Positions 13,100-26,775 of a stretch of 64,000 nt of DNA are shown in pieces. The DNA is from Octopus sinensis. Its lineage: Eukaryota. Numbering within the stretch: position 1 is the first letter of the stretch; the number at the start of each line of letters is the position of its first letter. The stretch covers positions 2,852,001-2,916,000 of the forward strand of contig NC_043005.1 in assembly GCF_006345805.1 (NCBI RefSeq). Direction: 5' to 3'. The notes below the pieces were generated by a model, which made no database searches, was not told where the DNA came from, and saw only the letters and a program-made list of their open reading frames with translations. The translations under genes and the position numbers were made by a program.

Positions 13100-13995
13100 A
13101 TTCCGGGTAGCTATATACCCGGAAATCGCAAATGACATGGCTAAAATTAACAAGGAATATCAAACTTCCACGCATAAATTTAACAACCAAAGTAAAATTT
13201 GTGATAGAATTCCTTTAGTGATTAACTGGCACCGACATTTTGCTGGCATTTTAAAAGTGTTACATGAAGCCGCTTATTGTAGTCTTTAGACGGAAGAAAA
13301 ATACAAGATAAATATTAACCCCTACTTCTGACTCCAAGAAAACTAACATTGGAGTTTCTGAAAGCTGAAAAAACAGCTGCAAGAGCGGAAATCCCTGTTC
13401 ATTGTGTAACAACATGTGCCATGTCAGTTCCATCAGGAATCAAAACAGCATGTTATGATTTATACGGAATATGGGACATGTAGAGGTTCCTATTTGGGAT
13501 TGTAGGGATTGTAGAGATTCCCAATTGCAGAATGCACCAAACACAACTTGATTTTTGAGTTGGTTGTACAACTGAACAATTAAACAAAAGAATCAATGGG
13601 CTCCGGTAGGATTTCCGACACAAAAGCAGGAGTTCGACAGAACTTACCGAACATTTCACACAACGGACTGCAATTTCGAGGAACAACGGAAAGTGACACA
13701 TTCTCAGAAAATATTCTGAATCTACTACACTTTCAGTCCTCAAAATGCACGAGGACAGCATCACGCCCTGAAGGAAGGAATAAAATGACAGGTGAATTTC
13801 ATCACATTTACACAAAGCTATTCGACTAAATATTCTTTTTTTTCTTTTTTATTGCCATCTTTTCTTTTCTTTTTTTCTTTCTTTTTTCTTTTGCCAGTTG
13901 TAAAATTGAAGACTGATGACATTCTGTCAAAGTGGAAACGCAGCAATTTCGTCGTTTGCATTTTTGAATTTCTGTTTCATTTTACATTTTGAACT
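13100..13995 (+). pseudogene. Decayed Penelope-like element 3' part (linker, Cys motif, GIY-YIG endonuclease, pLTR)
   Basis: Across frameshifts: RIPLVINWH, CKSGNPCSLC, GTCR, AECTKHNLI.VGCTTEQLNKRINGLR*D...LTEHF, PEGRN. Confidence 0.7.
13903..13949 (+). ncRNA. Degenerate hammerhead ribozyme motif in the PLE 3' region
   Basis: CTGATGA-CATT..AGTG-GAAAC; outer AAATTG/CAATTT pairing; cleavage triplet damaged. Confidence 0.45.
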
Positions 13996-14122
13996 TGAAA
14001 AAGACAGACGAGCGATCCAAGTATCATTCAAACCAATAAAACAATCTGTTACAATCGCATCGCGCTCTTCTTATTGCCTAATAGACACACACACACACAC
14101 ACCACACACACACACACACACA

Positions 14123-14189
<67 letters not shown>

Positions 14190-14217
14190 TCACACACTCA
14201 TACATATATAAATTTAT

Positions 14218-14377
14218 ACGACGGGCTTCTTTCAGTTTCCATCTACCGAATCCAAGGTTTTGGTCGACCCTTGGCTATAGTTGAAGACACTTGCCCATGA
14301 TGCCCCGCAGTATGGGGTTGAAGCCGAAACCACGTATCTGGGAAGCAAACTTCTTACAACATAGCCACGCCTGCGCT
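14218..14377 (-). mobile_element. SINE family A head
   Basis: Matches 49321-49485 in reverse orientation. Confidence 0.7.
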
Positions 14378-15712
14378 TATAGTGAATGGTCATGGTTTTT
14401 TTTTGTTTTTTGATAATTGGCCAAACTGCACTTGATGATCAGTGAACCGAGATCACGTGTTAAAACCGGAAAACATGCATTTTACAGGAAATACTTCAAA
14501 AACGTGTTCTCTGAATCGGTAAATCATTGAAACAAACGGTTTTAATGCTTGGTTGTTTACTCACATTATTTTTCGGATTAAGGATTAACTAATCTGGTAT
14601 TAACTTTGATAACACTTTCCTCCTTTTTCTTTCCTTCATTTACATCGTTCTTTACATTCTTCTTTTCGTTTTTCTTTCCTTATATTTTTCATTCTATTAA
14701 AACTCCCTATCTTAATCCCTAGACTATTATTTTGATAGATGTATGTATATATATGTGTATATAAGTAGGTCTAGATACATACATACTTACATACAAACAC
14801 ACACACACACAAACAGCTAAATCGTCAATGTAACCATGATATTCCGGTGATCTGGTGAGTTAGGTTTCCTCTTATTCGCATCCATTTCTCAATATATAAT
14901 TGTATTGTATAAGGCTTAGCAGACATATTGTTGTAAACACGTACGTACAATTTTGGATACCAAAATTAATAATACCACATGGTGATGGTTACGAAACGGC
15001 TGTAATCATATGGAAATCAAATGAAAAGTAATCCTTATTCACTTCCTTCACCTACCGACTGTATGGTAAGAAACTTGCTTCCCAAACATATGTTTCCGAG
15101 GTCAGTCCCACCGTGTAGCACCTTCGGCAAGTATCTTTTACTGTGACCAAAGACTATCTAGCCGTGACCAAACGTCTTTTTAAAGATATGTACGATTGTA
15201 GCACTAACGTGTCGTGTCTGACGGCAGAAGGCGACAGGCTGTGATTTGAGAAAGACTTGCTTGTCATTTTTAGCAAGTCAAGCGACCCTATAAAGGTTCT
15301 TGCCCTGATTTGTTAGCACTGATGCAGAGAAGCAGAAGTGGCAGAGGAACAGACTCAGCTCCCTAAAAGAATATCTGATTATTTACAACAATACGTTAGC
15401 ATCCATTTAAATGCCGTTCACTCAGACTTGACCCTTTATCTCCCACCGAGACAGATAAAATAGGGACCAGTAATAATACTTACACTTCAACAAATTTACT
15501 ATAACCCCCTTTTTTGTTTATTTCATTCTAATGCTGTTGTTGTTGTTTGCTTCATCTCAGATACAATTCTGGGTGAATTATGGTTCTTATGACTAAAAGC
15601 AAGAACCCATTATTTAGTATGAGTGGACCCTAAATTCAGATCTTATAATTTAAAAGGATAAAACAGAAGAACGAAATAAAGAATTGAAAGAAGGAGAAAG
15701 AGAGAACGAGAC

Positions 15713-15752
<40 letters not shown>

Positions 15753-15987
15753 GGAGACAGGGAGAAAGAGAGAAAGAGAGAGAGAGAGAGACGGAGTTAT
15801 TACGACATACAGGTGTTATTTTTATAAGGTGCAACAACAAATAAATCCTCAGCTCTATGCTCTGCCCTCATTTTACAAGCTGATAAATCGCAAAACCCTT
15901 TGCGCTTGGAAATAATAATAATAATAACAACAACAACAACAACAACAACGACTACAACGATGACGACAATAACAACAACAACAATAA

Positions 15988-16036
<49 letters not shown>

Positions 16037-16065
16037 GCTGCTACTACTACTACTACTACTACTAC

Positions 16066-16103
<38 letters not shown>

Positions 16104-16327
16104 GTGATGGTAATAATAATGATTAACCGAAACAAAGAAAAATAAGTGAAAAGAAATGGTTTTGCAGTTGGTATTCCTAAAAACCTATCGAAATAGCATA
16201 AAGGGGCCTGCATAAACAAAACTAAAATGGTCCCTAACAGCAACAACAACAACAACAACTTAAGTAAGACAGCATTTATAATGCAAGCAGCGAAAACATA
16301 AATGTCGGTAGGAAGAGTAAGGTTAGT

Positions 16328-16358
<31 letters not shown>

Positions 16359-16359
16359 G

Positions 16360-16410
<51 letters not shown>

Positions 16411-16514
16411 TTGTCACATTCGCAGCAATAAGAAGAAAATTGCGTTAATTGCAACATGAGAAATAGCAACAGGGATGAGGTGCAAGTGATATATTGGGAA
16501 AGACAAGGACGCGA

Positions 16515-16830
16515 ACTCTCACTCCGTCGGTTACGACGACGAATGTTTCAGATGATCCAATCAACGGAACAGCCTGCACGTGAAATTAACGTGCAAGTGG
16601 CTGAGTACTCCATAGACATACAAACACTTAGGGAGAATCAGCGTGACACAGAATGTAACAAAGCTGGCATTTTCTAATGAGGGTACAACACATTTTCGTC
16701 AGCCCAGTGGACTGGGGCGACGTGAAATAAAATGTCTTGCTCAGGAACACAATGCGTCGCCGGGAATCGAACTCACGACCTCACAATTTTGAAGCGGATG
16801 TCGTAATCACTATACCACGCGCCTTCACGG
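16515..16830 (-). mobile_element. SINE family C-related copy
   Basis: Shares the tail GTCGTCGTAACCGACGGAG with 25582-25940; tRNA box B GAGTTCGATTCCC. Confidence 0.7.
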
Positions 16831-18024
16831 AACAGAAACAGCAACAATAATAACAACATGATAAAATTCATTAAAAGAGTCGTCGTTGTAAAAACAACGA
16901 CAATAAAAACAAGTTACAAAAATAAGAGCAATATAAAGAAATAAAAACAGGCGCAGGCGTGGCTAAGTGGTCCCCGTGACTTAGTGGTTCGGTAGAAGAA
17001 ACTGATAGAATATATCTACCAGGCTTTAAAAAAATAAGTAATGGGGTCGGATCATTCAGTCTAATCACTAAAGCAAGAAAAAAGAGAAAAGAGAAACGGA
17101 AAACTATCCATGCGGTTAATAAACAAAGACTCCCTGTAAGCGTTATTTAAAATGTACAAACAATAAACGAGCGAGATAACTCTAGCAATATCGACCGTGC
17201 AAACTATTTAGAGATTGTAAACAATGTTGTCTACGAGTGGATGCTGCATATATATGGGAAAAAAAAGTAAATTAAGAGACATGTTTCAGCCTTGTTGATT
17301 CTCCACAGTGAAGCCTAATCCACTTTGGCAAACCTGATCAAGGTGTTTAGTGGTGGTCTGCCTTTGGACAGGTCCTGTACATGTGAATCTTCCCCAGCAC
17401 TCTGTATACAACCTTGGAGGGCCTGTACCCTCCCCTGCCGCTGTTAAGTAGATGAATTGAACTACGACTACCATAAATAGACTTCGGATGAATAGTGGAG
17501 TAGTTTCCCGTTCCTTCTCCACATAGGTAGGATTTGAACTCTAAATGGAGAGACCCAGAAGATATAACATAAAGCCAACGATTCTTCCACTCCTCCACCC
17601 GCAGGCACCCTAACTACTAGGAGCGTAATCAAGTAGTTAGGGTGTTGCACTCATGCACACACGATCGCTAGGTCTTAGGTTCCATTCCCGGAATGGAGAG
17701 CGCGTTGCGTTCTTCAGCAAAACATTTCATTTCACGTTGCTCTGCGGATGGGAAAGTGGCAGAGATCCATATGAGAGATAAACAGTGATTCGTGGATGGC
17801 AGAGACAGCTCACTGTATATGAAATACTCTGTTGAGCTGAGGAGGACTAACAAGACCGGAATATGTCCATACCCTTCACCAGCTGGGCGTTAAGGTAATA
17901 TCCATCGCTAAACGTATTGTCTTTCTTTTCTAAAATTTTGGATAACTCTAATGATTAGAGCTATAATTCTCGTAGTTTATTTTTAGATTTTTAAAAACCG
18001 CCTGAGAGAGATTTTATCTATTAA

Positions 18025-18412
18025 CTAGCAGTGTCGCCCGGCGTTGCTCGGGTTTGTTTCGACCCTTTAGAATTGGGATTTTTGAAAAGTAAATATTTTT
18101 CATTATGTAGCTTGTTATTCTCTTTAAGTGAACATTTTCTGGTTGAAATACACCGAAAAATGGCGACACAGCAGTAAGAAAATCGTAAAAAAATAGGGAT
18201 TTTCATAGAAAAAAAGCATCTTTTTTATGTAAATAATTTTTGGTATTAACATGGTCCGATTTGAATTTTATCTTCTACAGAAGGAAGAGCAAGCTTTCTT
18301 CTATCATACTCCCAATTTTGGTCAACTTGCGCCGCAGGGTCTCGGAGGAGATTGTGTTAGTTGAAGGCTACCAAACCTGCCATACACAGACAACTTTATA
18401 TATATATAGAGA
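18025..18412 (-). mobile_element. Non-autonomous Helitron
   Basis: Minus strand A|TC start; 3' hairpin CCCGAGCAACGCCGGG followed by CTAG|T; no TSD. Confidence 0.75.
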
Positions 18413-19242
18413 TTATGTGCATGAATCGAAGTTTTTCGACTCAGTATATTATGTGTGAGGCAGTAACATATGTGTGTCTAGAATACCAAACGCTTGCCTG
18501 GCGTACGTTTTCCGTTGGCCATATTGTTAAAAACAAAGCTTTCAAAAGTTAAAATAAACAAAATCAACAACAACAGCAGCAGCAGCAGCAATGAAATAAC
18601 GGCAGTAATAAAAGAGTCGTAATATGTCTTCCAGTTGAAGATAGAATGTACAAAACGACCAGAAAAAGTCAAGTCAGGCAGCCATGTCAGAGGTGTTAGC
18701 GAGGTTATGAAAACGAGGTTATGAAATATGGCTGAGCAGACGATAACGTTTTACGATTTCTTGAATTTTTTTCTTGATTTTGTTTTAATGTGTTTATCTG
18801 CTTTCCTTTTCTCTTTTTGTTTATTCTTTCTCTTTGTTATGTACCTGTGTAAGGGCGCCAAATAGAATGCCCGATGTTTAGTTGCAATTTTTTGTTTGAA
18901 GTTCAAATCCCGCCAAGGTGGAACTTTGCCTTCCATCCTTCCGGGTTCGACAAAATGAGGAGTTTGAGTTGATTAAATGAAAAAATAAAAAGCAAAAAAG
19001 AAACAATCAATCATATTCGCTTGTATTTTTTTATTCTTTTCTTTCGTTTCTTTTATGATTTTATTTGTTCTATTTTCATGCTGCTTTATGTTTAGTGTAT
19101 AGCTTGTTTGTTTTTAAAACTTTTTTTGAAATTTTTAATGTATATTTTAATAGCATCACATCTATTTGTTATATAATATATTATATATATATATATATAT
19201 ATTATATTATATATATATATATATATATAATATATATATGTA

Positions 19243-19276
<34 letters not shown>

Positions 19277-20558
19277 CGAGGGTGAGTCAAAAAGTAATGT
19301 CATTTCTTTTATTTCATGTGAAATTTTTGATAAAAATAACTGAAAATTTTCCCAGTTATAAATGATTTTATCATTTACGTTCTGAAATATTTTGTTTCTT
19401 ACTTTTCAGGTTTTTAGACTGGTAAGCAAAATTGAAAATGGCTGCTCCCTTAGAGTTACGTCAAAAACAAAGAGCAGTAGTTGAATTTCTTGTTGCTGAG
19501 TGGAGTCTTTGAGGACAATACTTTAGATTATAGCAATGTATGCAGGTGGGTCCGTCGTCTAAAAGATGAAAAGGTGGGAACTGTGAGTGTAGTCGATAAA
19601 CCCCATTCTGGCCGCTTCTGTGAATTCTGCCAATAAAGCAAAAGCAGATGCTCTGATCGGGGAAGACAGGCGCATAACTCTTGATGAGTTGGCAGAAAAC
19701 CTTGAAGTGAGCCATGGAAGTGCTTGCAGCATCGTAGAATCACTTGGCTTTTCAAAAGCGTGTGCCCCTTGGCTACGAGAGAGCTGACTACTGAACGCAA
19801 GACTGATAGGGTCAATGCCTGCACTGAACTTCTTGAACAAAGTCAGAGACAACACCTTCTTTCAAAGGCTCGTAACGAGTGATGAAACATGGGTTCATCA
19901 TTATGAACCGGAATCAAAGAGGCAGTCAATGAAATGGCGCCACTCTATGTCACCACCACCGAAAAAGTTCAAGACGCAAAAGTCAGCTGGAAAAATCATG
20001 GCGACTGTCTTTTGGAATGCTCTGGTCGATTTCTTGCCAAAAGGAAAAACAATAAACTCTGAGGCCTACATTGAGACCCTGACGAGGCTCAGAGCAAGAA
20101 TCCGACGAGTAAGACCCAACTTGCCAATCAACAATGTCCTCCTTCTGCATGACAATGCTCGAGCATACACAAGCATCAGAACAAGGGAGACAATCACCTC
20201 ATTCGGGTGGACAACTTTACCACATCCTCCATATTCACCAGACTTAGCGCATTCAGACCATCATCTCTTCGGCCCCATGAAAGAGGATTTGAGAGGCAAA
20301 CATTATTTCAGTGACGAGGAAGTGAAAACTGTAGTGAAGAAGTGGCTCAAAGCACAGTCAACAGAATTTTACGGGGCAGGGATACATGCTCTCATTCGAA
20401 GGTGGAACATTGCTATTGAGAGAAACTGTGACTATGTTGTTGAGATGTAGGGATGTGATCCAGAGAGGACCAGCTTCATTTTGATGTATGATACATGTTC
20501 CCGTTTTGCTAATTTTACCTGTCCTAAACAAAATGGCATTACTTTTTGACTCACCCTC

Positions 20559-20559
<1 letters not shown>
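19277..20559 (+). mobile_element. Full-length mariner (DD34D) with a broken transposase
   Basis: TIRs CGAGGGTGAGTCAAAAAGTAATG at both ends; TA TSD. Confidence 0.93.
19438..20450 (+). pseudogene. Mariner transposase, frameshifted
   Basis: MAAPLELRQKQRAVVEFL...; VTSDETWVHHY, LLHDNAR, HPPYSPDLAHSD. Confidence 0.9.
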
Positions 20560-20598
<39 letters not shown>

Positions 20599-20958
20599 TA
20601 GAATGTTACCCAACATATAACGAGCAACTTGAGAAATATGCTTTTGCCACCATGGGGAAATATCCAAGATACATGACATACATAAAATAATTATAATTTA
20701 ACTTTTATCTAATTTCTTGCTTTTTATACAAAATAATGAAAAGAAAATTAATTTTCAAAAGAAAATTTTTTATTACCTTAAATAAACAAGTCAGATTTCT
20801 CATTTGTATATTTGCAATAAATAGGTTGATTTTTTCTAAGTTTTATCAATTTAATCGTAATTTACTACACAGAAAAACTGGCTCTGAGAAGTTTCATTTA
20901 AAAACATGGGTTTTTCAGAAAGCTATCGATGCCTGTCACCGAACCGAGTATGATTTAT

Positions 20959-21012
<54 letters not shown>

Positions 21013-21036
21013 CTTCTCTCTCTCTCTTTCTTTCTT

Positions 21037-21085
<49 letters not shown>

Positions 21086-21086
21086 C

Positions 21087-21123
<37 letters not shown>

Positions 21124-21234
21124 CTCTCTCTCCACTTTCTCTTTGTAAGATATAAAGTGTGGCTGGAGAAATTAATCATCGAAACATCCAGCATTTATAT
21201 CGATTATTATTAAATAGACATGCTAATTTTACAT

Positions 21235-21680
21235 CCTGAGTTCAAATGCCACCGGGATCGATAAAATAAGTACCAGTCGATCACAGGAGTCGATGTAATC
21301 AACTGACCCCACCCCCACCCCCTAAAAATATTGCTGGCCTTGTGTCAAAATTTGAAATAAGACATTTGGAAGTAAATATATTTCCATAACTCAGAGAATA
21401 AAACACTCAAAAAAATCGAAGCCACATTACGAAGATCTTATAAGTTATTTCTTTATATTCTGAATGAACATTTCTCTTTTCAGAGAACCGTTTCCTTTTC
21501 CATTACTCAATAAATTCTCGACTTCCGTCTTTACGTTCTGAGTTCAAATTCCGCTGAGGTCGACTTTCCTTTCACCCTTTCGTGGTCGATAAATTAAGTA
21601 CCAGTTGCGTACTGGGTTCTAATCGACTGGCCCCTTCCCCCAAAATTTCGGGTCTTGTGCCTAGAGTAGAAAAGAATAAA
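21235..21680 (+). mobile_element. Two SINE family B fragments
   Basis: GAGTTCAAATTCCGC..GAGGTCGAC...GTCGATAAATTAAGTACCAG cores. Confidence 0.65.
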
Positions 21681-22741
21681 TTATCATCTTGCAGTACTTG
21701 GAATGTTTATGGAAGCAAATGTTTCCCCAATTCTGGAGAAATTTATGAACTGGACCCTAATAAAAGATCCATTATATGGTTTGTATCAAATTTACTTTGG
21801 TTATATGGGTTTTTTTTTTGTTTTTTTTTTGTTTTGCTTTAATAATCAGAAGAATTAAAAGAGTCAAACATCGGAATATTTAGTCATGTGACCAGAGTTC
21901 ATCGTCTGCAACCTTCATTTTGTTGTGAAGGCAAAGACAGAACACCTCCATCTTATGGGTTTTTATCTTTTCAAAATAAATATACGGATAACGCAGAAGA
22001 AATCATAGAAAAGTGTCCGGTCCCTGAGCAACATAGTGTATTCTTTGCTCAAAGCTTCATATCTTCATTGATTTGAATTTGTTAGACGGTCAAACAATTA
22101 AGATAGCGACACCACACACAAGACAGCTTTCAAAGGATCCAACTCATTTAGTTTTAAACAGAAATCATAAAGTAGCAACGACTCTCTACTGTAGACAAGC
22201 AACAACGGATCAAATGTATTTTCTTTCTTCACAGTAACGAGTTCAATTCCTATAACGAGTGTAAGCTATGTTAATGTACTTAGGAAAGGCATAAACATCA
22301 CAGATTCCTTTTATCCCCTTTCTGAACTCAACGACACTAGGAGCCAATGAAACTCGTTATTTTCACAGTGCTGCCACCGACTTCCCAGCGCAAGCTGTTC
22401 CTTCGTTGTGGTTCTCCCCGTGATGGATATCCCAGGTCGCCAACAAAGTCAAGCAATTGACTGCAACATTTATCGCCCAACTCCATAGAATAAGTAAATA
22501 ATTATTGCAAGTTATTTAGGTTTTATTTAAACCCCTTGTTTATGTAATAGAAGTTGTTTTAATTTTAGTTTCTTTCTGATCGTTTACTGCTTGGCTGTTG
22601 GTCATAAAATTTAACGTAATGTCGCAGAAAGTCTATATAACGTGGACAATAAACTAGAAACTGTTCTGGTTAATGGCGTTAACAGTTAAAGCTTGTTGTG
22701 AGAGTTATGGGCTGTACTTTGACGGTTCAGAGAGTGAAAGG

Positions 22742-22781
<40 letters not shown>

Positions 22782-23173
22782 TAAGAAAGATTGATAAACA
22801 AGGGTATTCATACATTTGCACACATACATACATACATAGGCACATACTTACATACATATATACGAACATATATACGTACATAACATACATACGCGTATGC
22901 ATGAATGGGGTGGGGTGAAGCACATAAAAAAGGAAGGAGAGAAAGTGTGGGTGACTCGGTGAAGAACGAGATACGGGTGAGAGTGGAAAGGAGAGAAAGA
23001 TATTGGCAAAGGGTGGAATATGCGCGCGTGTGTGAAAGCAAGAAGTGTTGCAGAAAGGGAGAAAGAGAGAGAGGGGAAAGAAAGAGGGGAGAGAAAGAGA
23101 GAGAGGACGAGAGAGAAAGAGAGAGAAAGAAAGAGAGAGAGAAAAAGAAAGAAAGAAAGAAAGAAAGAAAGAG

Positions 23174-23204
<31 letters not shown>

Positions 23205-23278
23205 ACAAGAAAGAAAGAGAGAAAGAAAGAAAGAAAGAGAGAACGAGAGAGAAAGAGAGAGAGAAAGAAAGAGAGAGA

Positions 23279-23352
<74 letters not shown>

Positions 23353-23409
23353 TCGGTAAACGACAGAGTAAAGAGTGAATACATTAATGTTCCTGTCTAT
23401 CATCGTGAA

Positions 23410-23600
23410 AAGCTTAGCAATTTTGGAGGAGGGGGTAAGTCGATTACTACATCAACCCCAGTATCTAACTGGTACCTATTTAATCGACACCGGAAGGATG
23501 AAAGGCAAAGTAAACCACGGCGCAATTTGAACTCAGAATGTAAAGGCGGACGAAATGCTGCTAAGCATTTTACCCGGTGTGCTAACCATTCGGCCAGCTT
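23410..23600 (-). mobile_element. SINE family B copy
   Basis: Reverse match to 51497-51690. Confidence 0.7.
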
Positions 23601-23717
23601 GAATAATTTTATAATAATAATAATAATAATAATAACAACAACAACAACAAAAACAACAACAACAATAACAACAACAACAACAACAATAACAACAACAACA
23701 ACAACAGCAACAACAGA

Positions 23718-25105
23718 AGGATCCAACCAAAATTTACCAGAACAAGCATGGGAAGACATCACAATAACAGACCTAAGGATGACACTCACTAAGGCCCATA
23801 AGTGGAAATCCCCTGGTAATGATAGGGTGCCAAATGTCTGGTTCGCATTGCTCCCGTGCGCTCGCGAAAAGTTAGTTCAGCTACTCAATGAAATTATGAG
23901 AGATCCTAAGAAAACCCGTGATTGGTTAACAAGTGGTATTATTTACCTTCTTCGAAACAATAATGAAGCCAAATTTCTCCAAAGCTATCGGCCCATAACC
24001 TGTCTATCTAGCATGTATAAAATTTTAACATCCATCTTCGGGGAGAAAACCAAACGCCTTTACGACACAGAACGATATTTTCCCCACTGAACAAAAAGGG
24101 GTTCCGACGGGATTCATATGGATGCAAAGATCAACTCCTAATCAATCACATGATCCTTGAGAAGTGTCATAACAAACGCAGAAATCCGCATGGGTTGATT
24201 ATGAAAAGGCCTTCGACAGCATACCGCATTCATGGATCTTGAAATCGCTGGATATCTTCAAAATTTCTCCTGTGATTTTAAACTTCCTGAAGCACGTGTC
24301 AGCGTGCAATAGGAATCTCTATTTATACCTCTCTATTGGAGTACTGACCACAAAAACATTAATATCAACTGTGACATTTTTCAAGTTGATTCACTTTCAT
24401 CTTTAATTTTTTGAATAGCCCTAATATCCCTTACAAGTGAACTTAACAGAACAGGGCATGGGTATAAAACTGACAAGACAATAAGCCATCTATTTTACAT
24501 GGATAACTTAAAACTCTATGGCAAAGATGATAATGAGTTTGAAGGACTACTGCGTACTGTAGTCAACACCTTCAGTGATGACATCGGGATGAACTTTAGT
24601 TTTGATAAATGCGCCATGGCCACTTTCCAGAAAGGGAAATTAAAGACCTCACATTCAGTGGTATTTGATGTTGACACATGTTATAAAAGAACTCGGGCAG
24701 GAAGAAACTGACAAATACCACGGAATAAACGAGGGTTCTGGCATTCAGCATGCAAGCACGAAAGAGAAGATCAGGAAGGAATGTTATTGGAGAGTTCGAG
24801 CAATCCAAAAATATGAGTTAAATCCACATAACAAAGTGTTAGCCATGAATTCCTTAGCAGTTCCGGTTATTTATGGTTTCAAGGTATTGAACTGGAATAT
24901 CAACGAATTAAAGATTGACAGGAAAATCCGTAAGCAATAAAACACACCACCCAAAGGCAGACACAGGATCGTCTTTACCTGCCCAGAGCCCAAAGAAGTC
25001 GAGGCTTGACCCAATTTGAAATCTCTTACAAAACCACCACAATTAGATTGGCCAAATATCTCGAAACATCTAACGACTGGATGCTACAACTGGTTAAAAA
25101 CCGCA
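23718..25105 (+). pseudogene. R4/Dong-clade non-LTR retrotransposon RT fragment
   Basis: WKSPGND, YRPITCL, GCKDQLLIN, WVDYEKAFDSIPH, HLFYMD(N)LKLYG; frameshifted; preceded by (TAA)n/(CAA)n. Confidence 0.82.
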
Positions 25106-25304
25106 TCTAAATTCCGTGATGTCCTTTTTGCCCTGAGGATATTTCACTCAAAATCTTAAAAAATGCAAAATTATTTTATCAAATATATTTTGTAATTTAT
25201 ATTGAGTATAAATTGATACAATTGTAGGCATTGTTAATTAATTAAAAATTAATTTATATCCATTCTAACTCTCCATTTTCTTAATTATATATGTATATAC
25301 TTAC

Positions 25305-25500
25305 GTGCGTGTCTCTTTGATTGTCCACCTGTCACATCTTGACAACTGGCATTGGCGTGCTTATGCCCCGCAACATAGCGGTTCGGCAAAAGAGTACTAA
25401 GCTTAAAAAGAGCCCCTTGGTCGATTTGTTTGACTAAAATCCCTTCAAGGCAGTACCCCAGCATGGCCGCAGTCAAATGACTGAAACAAGGAAAAAGAAA
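25305..25500 (+). mobile_element. SINE family A 3' part
   Basis: CCAGCATGGCCGCAGTCAAATGACTGAAAC tail. Confidence 0.7.
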
Positions 25501-25581
25501 ATATATTTTATACACACACACACACACACACACACATACACACACACATATATATATATATATAAAATATTATATATAATG

Positions 25582-25940
25582 TGGAGGCGCAATGGCCCAG
25601 TGGTTAGGGCAGCGGACCCGTGGTCGTGGGATCGCGGTTTCGATTCCCAGACCGGGCGTTGTGAGTGTTTATTGAGCGAAAACACCTAAATGGTGGTGAT
25701 CCCTGCTGTACTCTTTCACCACAACTTTCTCTCACTCTTACTTCCTGTTTCTGTTGTACCTGTATTTCAAAGGGCCGGCTTTGTCACTCTCTGTGTCACG
25801 CTGAATATCCCCGAGAACTGCGTTAAGGGTACACGTGTCTGTGGAGTGCTCAGCCACTTACACGTTAATTTCACGAGCAAGCTGTTCCGTTGATCGGATC
25901 AACCGGAACCCTCGTCGTCGTAACCGACGGAGTGCTTCCA
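25582..25940 (+). mobile_element. tRNA-derived SINE family C, near full length
   Basis: Box A TGGCCCAGTGG and box B GTTTCGATTCC; body shared with 29360-29665. Confidence 0.8.
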
Positions 25941-26156
25941 TTATATATAATATGTAATATATATATATATATATTATGTAATATATATATATTATAAATA
26001 TGTAATATATATATATATATATTATAATATATATATATATTATATATATATATATAATATGTAATATATATATATATATTATATATATATTATATAATAT
26101 GTAATTATATATATATATATATAATAATATGTAATATATATATATTATATAATATG

Positions 26157-26188
<32 letters not shown>

Positions 26189-26590
26189 AGAAATATTAAG
26201 TATGTGATTTAATTTATTTAACACAGTTCACATATTCGTTCATATTTACGTAATGGAGGAGAAAATAAATTTTACCTACTGACGAGTACTTTCTGACATC
26301 TCATATTCTTAAATATGAATTTCTTGTTTTTCTGTATGAAACAATTGTATAGCTACACGAATAAAAAAAAATCATCATCCATATTAACATCTAATCTCCC
26401 TTTTATGTAAATATGAACGGGTTTGTTGAACTCTGTTAAATCCTATGCTTAATATTTCTATATAACTTTTCATATCTACACAAATTTACACGAGTAAATT
26501 CAAAAGTAAAGAGTACGATAAACAACATTAGAAATCTTTTTGAAATTACTCCAATTAAAGGACGATCTCGCTTTTCAACCCCTTTAAATA
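26189..26590. mobile_element. Fold-back (PLE-like) insertion in (TA)n
   Basis: Diverged inverted arms 26189-26261 and 26395-26459, followed by a unique tail. Confidence 0.45.
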
Positions 26591-26620
26591 TAATATATAT
26601 ATATATATAATATATATATT

Positions 26621-26735
26621 GGCCTGCTCGCTTAGCCAGCAGGGTGGCGTCATTCGAAGGCTAAAACAATGCGATCGCATTGTAACCAGCGATGTGTAAC
26701 AACATCTGATGGTCTGGTTGGTCACGTGATCACGT

Positions 26736-26737
<2 letters not shown>
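26621..26737. repeat. Highly structured ~117-bp element in (TA)n
   Basis: Several complementary segments and a terminal TCACGTGATCACGTGA palindrome. Confidence 0.5.

Positions 26738-26775
<38 letters not shown>

Noticed and set aside
12357-13289. 310-aa ORF
   Set aside because: Read-through of a microsatellite, an antisense SINE and the start of the PLE fossil
23020-24090. 356-aa ORF
   Set aside because: GA repeats plus an antisense SINE fused to an R4/Dong RT fragment
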